DNA of 38,923 bases from IMG/VR virus record IMGVR_UViG_2541047706_000009. The stretch is one strand, 5' to 3'. This document shows, one piece after another, positions 1 through 8,796 of this stretch (the stretch's first letter is position 1; each line of letters opens with the position of its first letter). This DNA comes from a virus. Lineage: Duplodnaviria; Heunggongvirae; Uroviricota; Caudoviricetes. The notes under the pieces are model-generated. The model saw nothing but the letters and a program-made list of their open reading frames with translations. It had not been told where the DNA came from and did no database searches. Both the position numbers and the translations under genes were made by a program.

Positions 1-516
1 ATGAAATTTAAAAAATGTCTTCTGCCTGTGGCAATGTTAGCGTCATTCACTCTGGCAGGATGCCAGTCAAATGCTGACGATCATGCCGCCGATGTTTATC
101 AAACCGATCAACTGAATACCAAACAAGAAACTAAAACCGTTAATATTATTTCCATTCTTCCCGCAAAAGTTGCCGTAGACAACTCCCAAAATAAACGGAA
201 CGCACAAGCCTTCGGCGCGCTTATTGGCGCAGTCGCTGGCGGTGTTATCGGCCACAACGTCGGTTCTGGCAGCAATTCCGGAACGACGGCAGGGGCAGTT
301 GGCGGCGGAGCTGTAGGCGCGGCAGCGGGTTCTATGGTGAATGATAAAACCTTAGTGGAAGGTGTTTCTTTAACATATAAGGAAGGCACCAAAGTGTATA
401 CCTCTACCCAGGTGGGTAAAGAGTGCCAGTTTACGACAGGTTTAGCCGTTGTTATTACCACAACGTATAACGAAACGCGTATTCAGCCAAATACTAAATG
501 TCCTGAAAAGAGCTAA
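1..516 (+). CDS. Exported lipoprotein with Gly-rich (glycine-zipper-like) segment
   Basis: Lipobox LAGC after a signal peptide; Gly/Ala-rich stretch GALIGAVAGGVIGHNVGSG typical of SlyB/17-kDa-antigen-like lipoproteins. ORF begins at window base 1. Confidence 0.55.
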   Translation: MKFKKCLLPVAMLASFTLAGCQSNADDHAADVYQTDQLNTKQETKTVNIISILPAKVAVDNSQNKRNAQAFGALIGAVAGGVIGHNVGSGSNSGTTAGAVGGGAVGAAAGSMVNDKTLVEGVSLTYKEGTKVYTSTQVGKECQFTTGLAVVITTTYNETRIQPNTKCPEKS

Positions 517-531
517 TAATCAGGAGGAGTC

Positions 532-1071
532 ATGAAGAAAGTTTTTCTTTGCGCCATCTTGGCCTCCTTAAGCTATCCGGCTATCGCCTCATCATTGCAG
601 GATCAACTCTCTGCTGTAGCAGAAGCTGAACAGCAAGGTAAAAATGAAGAGCAAAGGCAGCATGACGAATGGGTCGCGGAGCGCAACAGGGAAATCCAGC
701 AAGAGAAGCAACGTCGCGCAAATGCCCAGGCCGCCGCTAACAAAAGAGCGGCAACGGCAGCAGCAAATAAGAAAGCTCGTCAGGATAAACTGGACGCCGA
801 AGCCTCTGCGGACAAAAAACGCGATCAAAGTTATGAAGATGAGCTACGCAGCTTAGAGATTCAGAAACAAAAACTGGCGCTGGCGAAAGAAGAAGCCCGC
901 GTTAAGCGAGAAAACGAATTTATCGATCAGGAACTGAAGCACAAAGCTGCGCAAACCGATGTGGTGCAATCTGAAGCTGACGCCAACAGAAATATGACTG
1001 AAGGCGGTCGCGATCTGATGAAAAGCGTGGGCAAAGCAGAAGAGAACAAATCGGACAGCTGGTTTAATTAA
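532..1071 (+). CDS. Secreted charged coiled-coil protein (unknown function)
   Basis: N-terminal signal peptide (MKKVFLCAILASLSYPAIA), then K/E/Q/A-rich low-complexity sequence. AGGAGG RBS 7 nt upstream; follows the previous gene after 15 nt. Confidence 0.5.
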   Translation: MKKVFLCAILASLSYPAIASSLQDQLSAVAEAEQQGKNEEQRQHDEWVAERNREIQQEKQRRANAQAAANKRAATAAANKKARQDKLDAEASADKKRDQSYEDELRSLEIQKQKLALAKEEARVKRENEFIDQELKHKAAQTDVVQSEADANRNMTEGGRDLMKSVGKAEENKSDSWFN

Positions 1072-1112
1072 TCGATGTTAGTAACTTCAAGCCTATGATT
1101 CTTGAAGATAAA

Positions 1113-1145
1113 AAACCCTCTGTAGTAACAGAGGGTTTTGTTCAT
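1113..1145. terminator. Bidirectional rho-independent terminator
   Basis: Hairpin aaaccctctg-tagtaa-cagagggttt with an A-run before and a T-run after; lies between the convergent left-end operon and the lysis cassette. Confidence 0.5.
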
Positions 1146-1290
1146 TCATAGTGCAGGGATTAAAATCATTCCCACTCAATTATTTACGATAACCATAACT
1201 AATTGAGTGATAACATTTTTCCAAATCTCAATTTTTCCCGTACCGTTTTATATACCGTCACCGGAAATCAGTACCATGAAAAATGCCATG

Positions 1291-1773
1291 CTATCTGGTC
1301 AAAGTGTCGTACTGTTTTTCGCAGACTCTTCCGGCTTCGGCTGCCCGGTCAGCATACTCTGCCAGTTGTCTGTTTCTCTCGAGAGATTTGCTGAGCACGT
1401 CGGCAAGCAAAACTCCGGTGTCTGCGGCTGACGACCCAGCGCCGACAATGGCGTTATACTGCCTGAGCTGCTCACGGATGGCAAAGAGTTGTTGCTGCAA
1501 CCGGCCAGCGCGAGCGGCAGCATCAAGAGCATCATTGCGCGCCTGGTCGATCCTCTGCTGCGCTTCACGTTCATTTGTCGCTTTCTCCTGTTCGTAGTGC
1601 TGACGAACTCTCTCATCTTCAGCTTTGCGGTCTTCCTTCGCCTGCGCATACCCGGCGTCGTACTGACGACTGCCGTGTGCATTCCAGGCTACAACTCCTT
1701 ATATGACCAGAACAGCAAGCATCGCCATGATAACCAACTGTTTCCAGTATGCTTTTGCGAATGCCAAGATCAT
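1291..1773 (-). pseudogene. i-spanin (Rz-like) interrupted by an in-frame TAA
   Basis: ATG overlaps the endolysin stop (ATGA at 1770-1773). It encodes a hydrophobic N-terminus [24 protein letters not shown], then an in-frame TAA at 1699-1701, then a continuous Rz-like periplasmic coiled coil (..SRQYDAGYAQAKEDRK..RLQQQLFAIREQL..) to the stop at 1291. Confidence 0.5.
1299..1574 (-). CDS. o-spanin (Rz1-like) outer-membrane lipoprotein embedded in Rz
   Basis: Alternate frame inside the Rz region. AGGAG RBS 10 nt before ATG; signal MNVKRSRGSTRRAMMLLMLPLALAGCS with lipobox, followed by a short Pro-containing mature part. Confidence 0.5.
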   Translation of the reverse strand: MNVKRSRGSTRRAMMLLMLPLALAGCSNNSLPSVSSSGSITPLSALGRQPQTPEFCLPTCSANLSRETDNWQSMLTGQPKPEESAKNSTTL

Positions 1774-2399
1774 ACCGCCAGCACCTTACTGGCAGTGATG
1801 TACCGCGCGCGCCGGTCGTCGATGCCGTTCCGGCCACCATTGATAATCAGAGTTACACGTGCAATATCGCCGGTATACTTCATGCATCCTTTGCTGGCGA
1901 AAAACCACGCCGCGCTACGAGCCGCATATTCGTCCTGCGCCAGCAGTTCAGGATTCTCCAGCAGGTCAACCTTCAGACCGTTTCCGCAATCACGATAGTT
2001 ATTCAAACCGGTAATCTGGATAAGTCCGCGACCTCGGTAATTCCATCCATCGCCGGGGGCATTGTTCCCCATGCGTTTGCTGTACACCAGATTGGCAATC
2101 GCTCTCTGGCGCTCAAGTGGCAATGGTGGTTCGCCTGCGCGTCGCCCCAATGCGTTGGCCTGTCCCTGGGTGAGACGCCCAGCCCGAACGAAGTTAGCCA
2201 GTCCGGTGACGCTGTAGTTGAAATTTTCCTGCAACTGGTTGAAGCCCCCAGACTCATGCCCGACTTGAGCAATAAACATTGCCTGCTCTTCTGGTTTGCT
2301 GATACCAAACTCTCTCATCGCAGAAGTTATATGCGAGAACCAGCGTGCAGCCAGCGCCTCGCTGATACCAGCAGCTCGCTGGAATTGTTTAATCTCCAT
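1770..2399 (-). CDS. Endolysin, family-19 glycoside hydrolase (chitinase-like lysozyme)
   Basis: Translation from [23 protein letters not shown].. carries GH19-like blocks ([29 protein letters not shown]). GAGG RBS. The ORF-track N-terminal extension to 2564 was trimmed. Confidence 0.75.
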   Translation of the reverse strand: MEIKQFQRAAGISEALAARWFSHITSAMREFGISKPEEQAMFIAQVGHESGGFNQLQENFNYSVTGLANFVRAGRLTQGQANALGRRAGEPPLPLERQRAIANLVYSKRMGNNAPGDGWNYRGRGLIQITGLNNYRDCGNGLKVDLLENPELLAQDEYAARSAAWFFASKGCMKYTGDIARVTLIINGGRNGIDDRRARYITASKVLAV

Positions 2400-2697
2400 G
2401 TTTAGACCTCGATACTTTGAAAATTTGAACGACGTTACCGCGCGTTTTAATAACCGCAGCGAGCATGACAGCGTTGATAATGACCTCAGATAAATCCACA
2501 GCCATTGGCGTGCGGAACCAGATTGCATAGGCAACACGAACCGGAATACTGGCCGCAGCAACAATCAGGAAATAAGCAAGCCACCCCCCCCATCTTCGAT
2601 GTTGAGATCCGTTACGCCGGAATGTGACAACGCGAATTGCTATGCCAGTACAAATAACTGCATTGGTGATAAGCAAAAAAAACTCATGCGTTACCAT
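2389..2697 (-). CDS. Small membrane protein, holin/antiholin candidate
   Basis: 102 aa with 2-3 predicted TM segments, directly upstream of and overlapping the endolysin start; GGGAGA RBS. Confidence 0.45.
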   Translation of the reverse strand: MVTHEFFLLITNAVICTGIAIRVVTFRRNGSQHRRWGGWLAYFLIVAAASIPVRVAYAIWFRTPMAVDLSEVIINAVMLAAVIKTRGNVVQIFKVSRSKHGD

Positions 2698-3097
2698 CGT
2701 CTTTTCTCCCCGGAATTAACTCGCGTGGATTATCGGAACGGTGATAGAGCCAGATGCCAATTCGTACTGCGACGATTGCTGACACAAATGCGCCAGCAGA
2801 GAAAACAATCCCTTTCTCGAAAGAGTCCTGCGTGATGGTAGGTATCAGGCTGGCTATGCCGATAAGAATTGATGCTGTGGGTTTGTAGAAGAGAAGACCG
2901 CAGAGAAAGCTGAGTAACGCCAGGAGAACGCGGCGCTTGACAGGATACTCTACTGCAGAGGTAACAAAAATTACCGCCCCGGCCAGCGATCCAAGCGCCA
3001 CTTCAGGAGGTACGCCGGCGATGACTGCCGCCAGCGCACCGTAGCTAAGCCCCTGATTTATCGTATCAGCTGTTAGCGATGCGGACATGATGACCAC
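2684..3097 (-). CDS. Multi-TM membrane protein, holin candidate
   Basis: About 135 aa, very hydrophobic with 3-4 TM segments, first gene of the lysis cassette. Start ambiguous between GTG at 3097 and ATG at about 3088. Confidence 0.45.
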   Translation of the reverse strand: MVIMSASLTADTINQGLSYGALAAVIAGVPPEVALGSLAGAVIFVTSAVEYPVKRRVLLALLSFLCGLLFYKPTASILIGIASLIPTITQDSFEKGIVFSAGAFVSAIVAVRIGIWLYHRSDNPRELIPGRKDDGNA

Positions 3098-3177
3098 CGT
3101 TTACTATGCATGATGAACCTCCTTAGTTGGGTAAGTTCATCATACACAATAAACCGTTTATGGATAAATGGTAATAG

Positions 3178-5340
3178 TTAAGCGCTGAAACCGCCGACTC
3201 TAACTTTTAGCGTAGAGAGATCAACATTAACAGTTATGTTTAATACACCACTCCCCGCTGAAATAGAGAATAAGCGCCGTCCGCCTGACGTTCCGCCCCC
3301 CGCCGGTGGAGTGGTATCGAGTTCACCTGTGATCGATATTGAAATGGTACCCTCACGGTTAGCAACGAGTAGCTCTAAACATTCAGCCCAGGTGTTTTGT
3401 GCAGAAGACCAAGCATCGATAAGGATTCTCTGCGTCGTTCTGTTTGGTATTGCGATGGATTTGACTTCACCTGTATTTACCAGACCTTGAAAACGAGTTC
3501 CGTAATCTATCCAGCTAATGCTATAACCTGCATTTGCTGCAGGGTCTTGAGAGGTATACCAGGTCTTGGTTCTCACGCCAGTATGACCGATTGTCAGTAG
3601 AGGACGAGCAAATTGATCTCGATGAATGTATGCATTATCTCTGATCCCGTTGCTCTGCAGATCAATATCTGCAGCACGTGGATTAGGGAAAGTCGCTTTT
3701 CCACCAACATCAAAAACATCATAATGATTTGCAACTGCAGGAATCCATCCGTTCCTGTCCAGATTTCTAAAGAAATCCTCGAAAGCCAGCCAGTATGATT
3801 GCTGATGACCTAAAAGGTTAGGGTGAACAGTCTGTATTTCAGGGGTCCGGTCAAATAATGCCGTTTCACCATATTTAGCAACAGCATCAAACCAGTATTT
3901 TTCCACATCGATAAGCACGCAACCCATTTCTACAGCGATTTTCCTGATCGCATCGTTTCCTCGAAGGAAGCGGACACCTGCTTGAATATTTACCCCATTC
4001 CACTCAAACGTGACATTTGAGTTTGCGGCAGATGGTATAATGTTATTATCAGAGACTGGGGCCGGAGAAGATGAAGGCCATATTTGAGAAATTCCAGCCG
4101 GCATGCTCCAGCTATATTCAGAAATATTCGGATGAGGTGTGGTTGTTAGCACAACATCCCCGCCGGCCTCCCTGACTAAATTAATAGCATTTCGAAGGCG
4201 CTGTTTAAATCCGTTTTCATTGAATGTTTGCCCGGCATTATATTGTGCGGTAGGAAAATCATTCATTCCATATATAAACAAAGCAATATCAGGATATATT
4301 CCTTCAGCAACAACTTCAGGCCATTGGTTAACAATAAAATTATTTATCGTTGAACCATTAACAGATTTGTTTGTGAAGTTAATGGGATAAATACGCTGCT
4401 TATTTAGCGTATCGTTCATATACTCAAAAAATTTAGCAACTGGTGCCTGTGTTGCTGGATCAGGAAGCGTAGCACCAACCCCAACAGAAGAACCAAACCC
4501 ATAGAGTCGAAATAAGTTCTGATAGCCAGAAACCCCATGCCGATAAGCTGTTAATTTATTGACGAAATTTGGGAAAAGGGCCTGTGATGATCCAGACGCA
4601 GCACGAATAGAAGCCTCTACCGTTCTTCCTGTTTCCGTAGCAACTAAGCCAGCACCGTCTTTTGATGCTAGCTTGATTGCCAAATCTGCCGTTTCAGTTT
4701 GCCCTGCAATCGGAACAGGATCCCCCTGGTCATTGAATCCAATCAGCATATTTGCTCTGGCTCGTACAGATGCCATGATTCCTACCTGACTTTCCGGAAC
4801 TCGCAAAGTTCGCTGGAAAAGACCATCTGCATGATGAGTGCTGTCATTGTCTCCCGAGTCCACATAAGATTTTGTTGCTGCATCCTGTGCCTGTGACGGG
4901 TCACGCAGATTACGAATGCGGTTGTTGAGTGCGTCGTAATAGTTCGCGATGAACGACGGCTTACGCAGCGCCAGGCGGAGAAAGCTGAAGCACTGCTGGA
5001 TAAGCATGGTCAGCTTGTCGAACGCATCCTCATGTACCTCTGCGAAAAATTTCCCCTGGTTACGCAGATCAGTCTCCTGGGTAACAGGCAAGTCACGTGA
5101 GATAGAGATTTGCCATCCGTTGGCCAGAGGTGACATCAACACAATGCTCCCACCTGAATAGCTTCCCGCCCCGGTAACGGAGTAATCGGTATCCAGAGTA
5201 AGTACCGTAATATTTTCGTTAAGGTCAGCAACCTGTACTGTCAGATCTGACTTCTTGAAAATACGAAACTTGTACGGGAAAGATGTGGTAACGCCGTTAC
5301 CAGTGTATTCGTTGTGGTCAACTTCGGTTGAGACCGTCAT
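3178..5340 (-). CDS. Tailspike/tail fibre with conserved N-terminal particle-binding domain and SGNH-hydrolase-like block
   Basis: 720 aa. N-terminus TVSTEVDHNEYTGNGVTTSFPYKFRIFKKSDLTVQV resembles the virion-attachment domain of podovirus tail fibres/spikes. Central region has GxND (IYGMNDF) and HPN motifs of SGNH/GDSL esterases. GGAG RBS. Confidence 0.7.
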   Translation of the reverse strand: MTVSTEVDHNEYTGNGVTTSFPYKFRIFKKSDLTVQVADLNENITVLTLDTDYSVTGAGSYSGGSIVLMSPLANGWQISISRDLPVTQETDLRNQGKFFAEVHEDAFDKLTMLIQQCFSFLRLALRKPSFIANYYDALNNRIRNLRDPSQAQDAATKSYVDSGDNDSTHHADGLFQRTLRVPESQVGIMASVRARANMLIGFNDQGDPVPIAGQTETADLAIKLASKDGAGLVATETGRTVEASIRAASGSSQALFPNFVNKLTAYRHGVSGYQNLFRLYGFGSSVGVGATLPDPATQAPVAKFFEYMNDTLNKQRIYPINFTNKSVNGSTINNFIVNQWPEVVAEGIYPDIALFIYGMNDFPTAQYNAGQTFNENGFKQRLRNAINLVREAGGDVVLTTTPHPNISEYSWSMPAGISQIWPSSSPAPVSDNNIIPSAANSNVTFEWNGVNIQAGVRFLRGNDAIRKIAVEMGCVLIDVEKYWFDAVAKYGETALFDRTPEIQTVHPNLLGHQQSYWLAFEDFFRNLDRNGWIPAVANHYDVFDVGGKATFPNPRAADIDLQSNGIRDNAYIHRDQFARPLLTIGHTGVRTKTWYTSQDPAANAGYSISWIDYGTRFQGLVNTGEVKSIAIPNRTTQRILIDAWSSAQNTWAECLELLVANREGTISISITGELDTTPPAGGGTSGGRRLFSISAGSGVLNITVNVDLSTLKVRVGGFSA

Positions 5341-5443
5341 GTTAAATCTCCAGATAGTCGCAGCACCCGTTGCGCCGCATATCTGGTTATTCTATTACCT
5401 GAAAAACCATATATGTATAGAAAGACTATAAATACCAATAGAT

Positions 5444-5460
5444 ATTACCTTTATGGTAAT
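5444..5460. promoter_or_regulatory. 17-bp palindromic operator-like site ATTACC-tttat-GGTAAT
   Basis: Perfect inverted repeat with 5-bp spacer in the divergent tailspike / candidate-antirepressor intergenic region; same motif as the sites flanking the repressor gene. Confidence 0.55.
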
Positions 5461-5496
5461 TTGCAAAACGTGCTGGATAGCAAACAAATTATTTGA

Positions 5497-5516
5497 TACT
5501 GTATAAATATACAGTT
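5497..5516. promoter_or_regulatory. LexA (SOS) box
   Basis: TACTGTATAAATATACAGTT matches the consensus TACTGTATATATATACAGTA at 18/20 with perfect CTGT-N8-ACAG; sits 20 nt upstream of the ATG at 5536. Confidence 0.7.
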
Positions 5517-5535
5517 ATTGCATGGAGAAGATAAG

Positions 5536-5793
5536 ATGCAGCGGTATCACTATCCACTGGAAGACGGATTTACCGAAAGGATTCACACGCCGGGAGGCGT
5601 CAGGTCACTGGTGGAGGGATCGCACTTGATGAAATTACTCCGGGATCTCGATAAGGATGGATTTAATGTCGATGGCCCACTTGCCGAACTGACTGCACTG
5701 ATTAACTACGTCACCAGCTCACAGATGTCTATGCAGGATCTGCAAACACATCTCGACTATTGTGCCGAACAATTACGAAAACAAACCACATAA
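5536..5793 (+). CDS. Small SOS-regulated protein, candidate antirepressor
   Basis: 85 aa (MQRYHYPLEDGF..). GGAGA RBS 7 nt upstream; promoter region carries a LexA box and an operator-like palindrome. Function inferred from regulatory context only. Confidence 0.45.
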   Translation: MQRYHYPLEDGFTERIHTPGGVRSLVEGSHLMKLLRDLDKDGFNVDGPLAELTALINYVTSSQMSMQDLQTHLDYCAEQLRKQTT

Positions 5794-5798
5794 AGAAA

Positions 5799-5816
5799 AG
5801 GCCGCGAAAGCGGCCT
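5799..5816 (-). terminator. Hairpin terminator at the end of the late operon
   Basis: aggccgc-GAAA-gcggcct stem-loop, followed on the minus strand by a T-rich tract (cttttcttta). Confidence 0.5.
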
Positions 5817-5828
5817 GTGACATGTCAC
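5817..5828. repeat. Perfect 12-bp palindrome GTGACATGTCAC (copy 1)
   Basis: Identical 12-mer recurs at 26015-26026; this copy overlaps the stop of the 5825-6121 gene and abuts the terminator hairpin. Confidence 0.6.
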
Positions 5829-6121
5829 GTTCCTTTTCTGAATGATAGCCATTCGAAAAATGATGACATTCCACCGCAGACAATAGCAAAGATTATCCCA
5901 CCAAAGAAGAGAAGGCCAGCCTGCCACCACTCCCACCGCCATACATCCACAGCGCCAACCATACCAACAATCGCTCCAACAAATGGAATATAGCTCACGA
6001 TGAAAGCAATGGGGGCTGCAATTATCCAGTGCAATCCCCACCATGATTCAAGCCCAGCCATAATTGCTGCCAACTGAAAAAGACCAACGACGATATAAAC
6101 AATGAATCCTATAGCTTGCAT
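5825..6121 (-). CDS. Small integral membrane protein (3 TM)
   Basis: 98 aa, hydrophobic throughout with Trp-rich loops; AGGTGA RBS; last gene of the late transcription unit. Confidence 0.55.
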   Translation of the reverse strand: MQAIGFIVYIVVGLFQLAAIMAGLESWWGLHWIIAAPIAFIVSYIPFVGAIVGMVGAVDVWRWEWWQAGLLFFGGIIFAIVCGGMSSFFEWLSFRKGT

Positions 6122-6133
6122 GTAGTCACCTAT

Positions 6134-6307
6134 TTACCCAGTAAAAATCAGAGGCCTCCCCTCAATAAGGCTTGCAACAAGAACTAATCCCTGCACAACA
6201 AAGATGAACCAGCAAATAGCTTGAGTCTGAGGGTTAAGAAAATATTTGTAGCGGTCAATAAATAACAGCCCACCAGAAATTATCACACTCAAAATAATTA
6301 AAAACAC
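6134..6307 (-). CDS. Possible small membrane protein (57 aa, GTG start)
   Basis: Hydrophobic ORF below the ORF-track size cutoff, found by manual translation; AGGA RBS 6 nt before GTG, between the 824-aa gene and the 98-aa membrane protein gene. Confidence 0.3.
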   Translation of the reverse strand: MFLIILSVIISGGLLFIDRYKYFLNPQTQAICWFIFVVQGLVLVASLIEGRPLIFTG

Positions 6308-6316
6308 AACACATCC

Positions 6317-8791
6317 TTATTGCGGAGTGACATCCTGAGGTCGCCACCAGTATGTCTGGTTAAACTCTTTCTTCGAACGTTGCTCCATTTTACGCAAATA
6401 GCCTGGTGAAAAATACTCCTGCATCTGGTTAAAGATCATGTGATCAAGAGCTGCCTTCAAGTACCAGAGATTCGCACCTGGCATCAGCCCTTTCCCAAGT
6501 TTCACCAGATCACCACCAGTCTGCTCGTTCTTCCCTTCCACAGCATTTAATGGTATGCCCTGAGCTATCTTCACTACGTCATCAACCAGGCCAGCTACCG
6601 GGCCAAGCATCGACGCCAGCGCGCCGCTTCCGTACCTAGTGTGATCTGACAATAAAAAGTCACCGTAAAGGCCAAGACCACCACCTTTCAGTAGAGCACC
6701 AAGCCAAAATTTAGCAGCATCTTCTCCTGTCATCTCGCGAGGATTACGACCAGACGCAAGGTCGTTAAGTTGCTGCGACAAAGCGCCAAGAATGGTCGTA
6801 CTGGCAATAAACGTCGCAATATATGCCGCACGCCCACCAGCAGACGGCATACCCATAGCGCGTGACCAGTGACGCATAACCACCGAGATAGGGAACGATT
6901 TAAACAGGAAAACACTTCTCGTTAATTCACCTTTCCATGTTCCACGCTGAATACCAGAACCGGTTATCAGTTGCTCACGTGCTCCCGGTGTAATAACAGC
7001 CATATCAACTTCTTCAGTTACGGCACCGAGCAGTTTACGCATTGCCTCAAATTTCACGCGTTCAGGCTCACCAAGATGTTTAACTGCTGAATCAGGGATA
7101 CGCATAATGCTTTCCGGTGTCAGCATCGTATTATTACCGTTCCCCCAGTCCTCCTGTTGCGCCAGCTTCCATACGCTCCAGTCTGTGTCAGTAATCCCTT
7201 TGCTTTTCAGGATACGAAAATCAGAGTCATCGAGGCTACGAAGGTCTGGTGTCCGTGACACTACTTCTCCCAGGCTTCCCATCATGGTTACGCCATAGGC
7301 GCGCTTGTGCGCATCTGACCATGCTGTAAGCCCACTGGCACGCATTACCGCCGTTGCTGCCCAACGAGACACTGACGGCCCCATATTATCCATCGCCCAG
7401 CGGTTAACGCTGCCAAGTAGAGATTCCATTGCCAGACCAGCGCGGCGCGCCCGCGCAAGTTCTGTACGGTTCGTTGGGTCCATAGCTTCAAGCTGGTTGC
7501 GGAATAACTGGTTCATTGGAAGGTTGGTCACCTTCGCAGACAGATACATGGTTCCAAGATCAGAGAACGATGATAGCAACGCGGATCCGAGTCTGCTGGC
7601 AACCAGCCAGTTGCGGATATTGTCAGACCATCGCGCGATGTGCGGATTCGCTACAGGCTGTGTCTTTCCGGAAATAAAGTTGTACAGATTCTCTGTGTTG
7701 TTCGCCAGCCGCTCGACTTTACCGGTTTTACTCGGGTTAGCTGTTGCCGTTTCTGCCTTCACCTGATCAAGAAGAGAGCGGAAAACATGATCGGGGTTTG
7801 GGCCATATGTTTCCACCAGTGCAATATCTTTACTGATACCTTCCAGGTGACCGACCATGATTTCCCATAGAGAGCGATCGCCATAAAGTTGCTGATATTG
7901 CAGATATGAATCTGCATCTTTGAAATGTATCTGTCGTGATGCATTACCACGGTTAGCACGTGCGCCGGAAATTCGCATGCCGGTATCAGTAAGCTTATTC
8001 AGCCCACCAGTGGCGATTGTGTTATAAGCTTCTCCAAGAAATGCAGACAACTCGGCATCGTTCATCAGTTGTCCATCGGCTCGGATATAATATTTGCGAT
8101 CCAGCTTACCTATAACATCGCTAACCCACTTATCCTTTGATACCGCCCCAACCTTTTCCATAGAATGATGTTGAGGGATCCCCCAGTTTTCGAGATAGCC
8201 AATGTCCCCACCAGCATCATTAAACCGGCGGCGCAGTAGCTCTGTCACTTCTCTCCACGCCTTAGCACCTTTTCTTGCTTTAGCATTGCCAGTATTTTGC
8301 CCCCGCATTTCATATACCAGATCACGTACGCCCGCTTCATCTTCAAACAGACCAAAAAAGCGAGGATCAACTGCTTCGAATGCCTCCTGCAATTGACTCA
8401 ATGCATAATCACGGGTGGCTTTTGTTCTGGATTCAACAGAGAGGAAATTCGATTTACCGTCTGCATTAAAAGCAATAGTACGGTTAAGAGCGCCAAGTTT
8501 CCCATCAGCCCCTTGATAGCTATTGATAAATTTATCCAATCTCTGACGTGCGGCTATAGTGAGGGTCACACGACGTTTCTTTAATGCCGCTTCTCGCTGT
8601 AATTCTTCAGATGCCAATTGTGCTGCACGATATAGCCGCTCTGATTCGGAAAGTTGTCTCCACGACATCGGGTCATCACGAGCAATGGAGCGCATATTTC
8701 GATAAATGCGGTCTTCAATGTTCTGTATTTCTCGCGCCGTTAACGTGCGCTGCGCCGCCTGCTGGACCGCTTGTATACATTCCTGTCTCAT
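6317..8791 (-). CDS. Large internal virion / DNA-ejection protein
   Basis: 824-aa ORF in the block of large ORFs between the tubular proteins and the tailspike, the position of podovirus ejection proteins; no specific motif recognised. Confidence 0.55.
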   Translation of the reverse strand: MRQECIQAVQQAAQRTLTAREIQNIEDRIYRNMRSIARDDPMSWRQLSESERLYRAAQLASEELQREAALKKRRVTLTIAARQRLDKFINSYQGADGKLGALNRTIAFNADGKSNFLSVESRTKATRDYALSQLQEAFEAVDPRFFGLFEDEAGVRDLVYEMRGQNTGNAKARKGAKAWREVTELLRRRFNDAGGDIGYLENWGIPQHHSMEKVGAVSKDKWVSDVIGKLDRKYYIRADGQLMNDAELSAFLGEAYNTIATGGLNKLTDTGMRISGARANRGNASRQIHFKDADSYLQYQQLYGDRSLWEIMVGHLEGISKDIALVETYGPNPDHVFRSLLDQVKAETATANPSKTGKVERLANNTENLYNFISGKTQPVANPHIARWSDNIRNWLVASRLGSALLSSFSDLGTMYLSAKVTNLPMNQLFRNQLEAMDPTNRTELARARRAGLAMESLLGSVNRWAMDNMGPSVSRWAATAVMRASGLTAWSDAHKRAYGVTMMGSLGEVVSRTPDLRSLDDSDFRILKSKGITDTDWSVWKLAQQEDWGNGNNTMLTPESIMRIPDSAVKHLGEPERVKFEAMRKLLGAVTEEVDMAVITPGAREQLITGSGIQRGTWKGELTRSVFLFKSFPISVVMRHWSRAMGMPSAGGRAAYIATFIASTTILGALSQQLNDLASGRNPREMTGEDAAKFWLGALLKGGGLGLYGDFLLSDHTRYGSGALASMLGPVAGLVDDVVKIAQGIPLNAVEGKNEQTGGDLVKLGKGLMPGANLWYLKAALDHMIFNQMQEYFSPGYLRKMEQRSKKEFNQTYWWRPQDVTPQ

Positions 8792-8796
8792 TTAAT

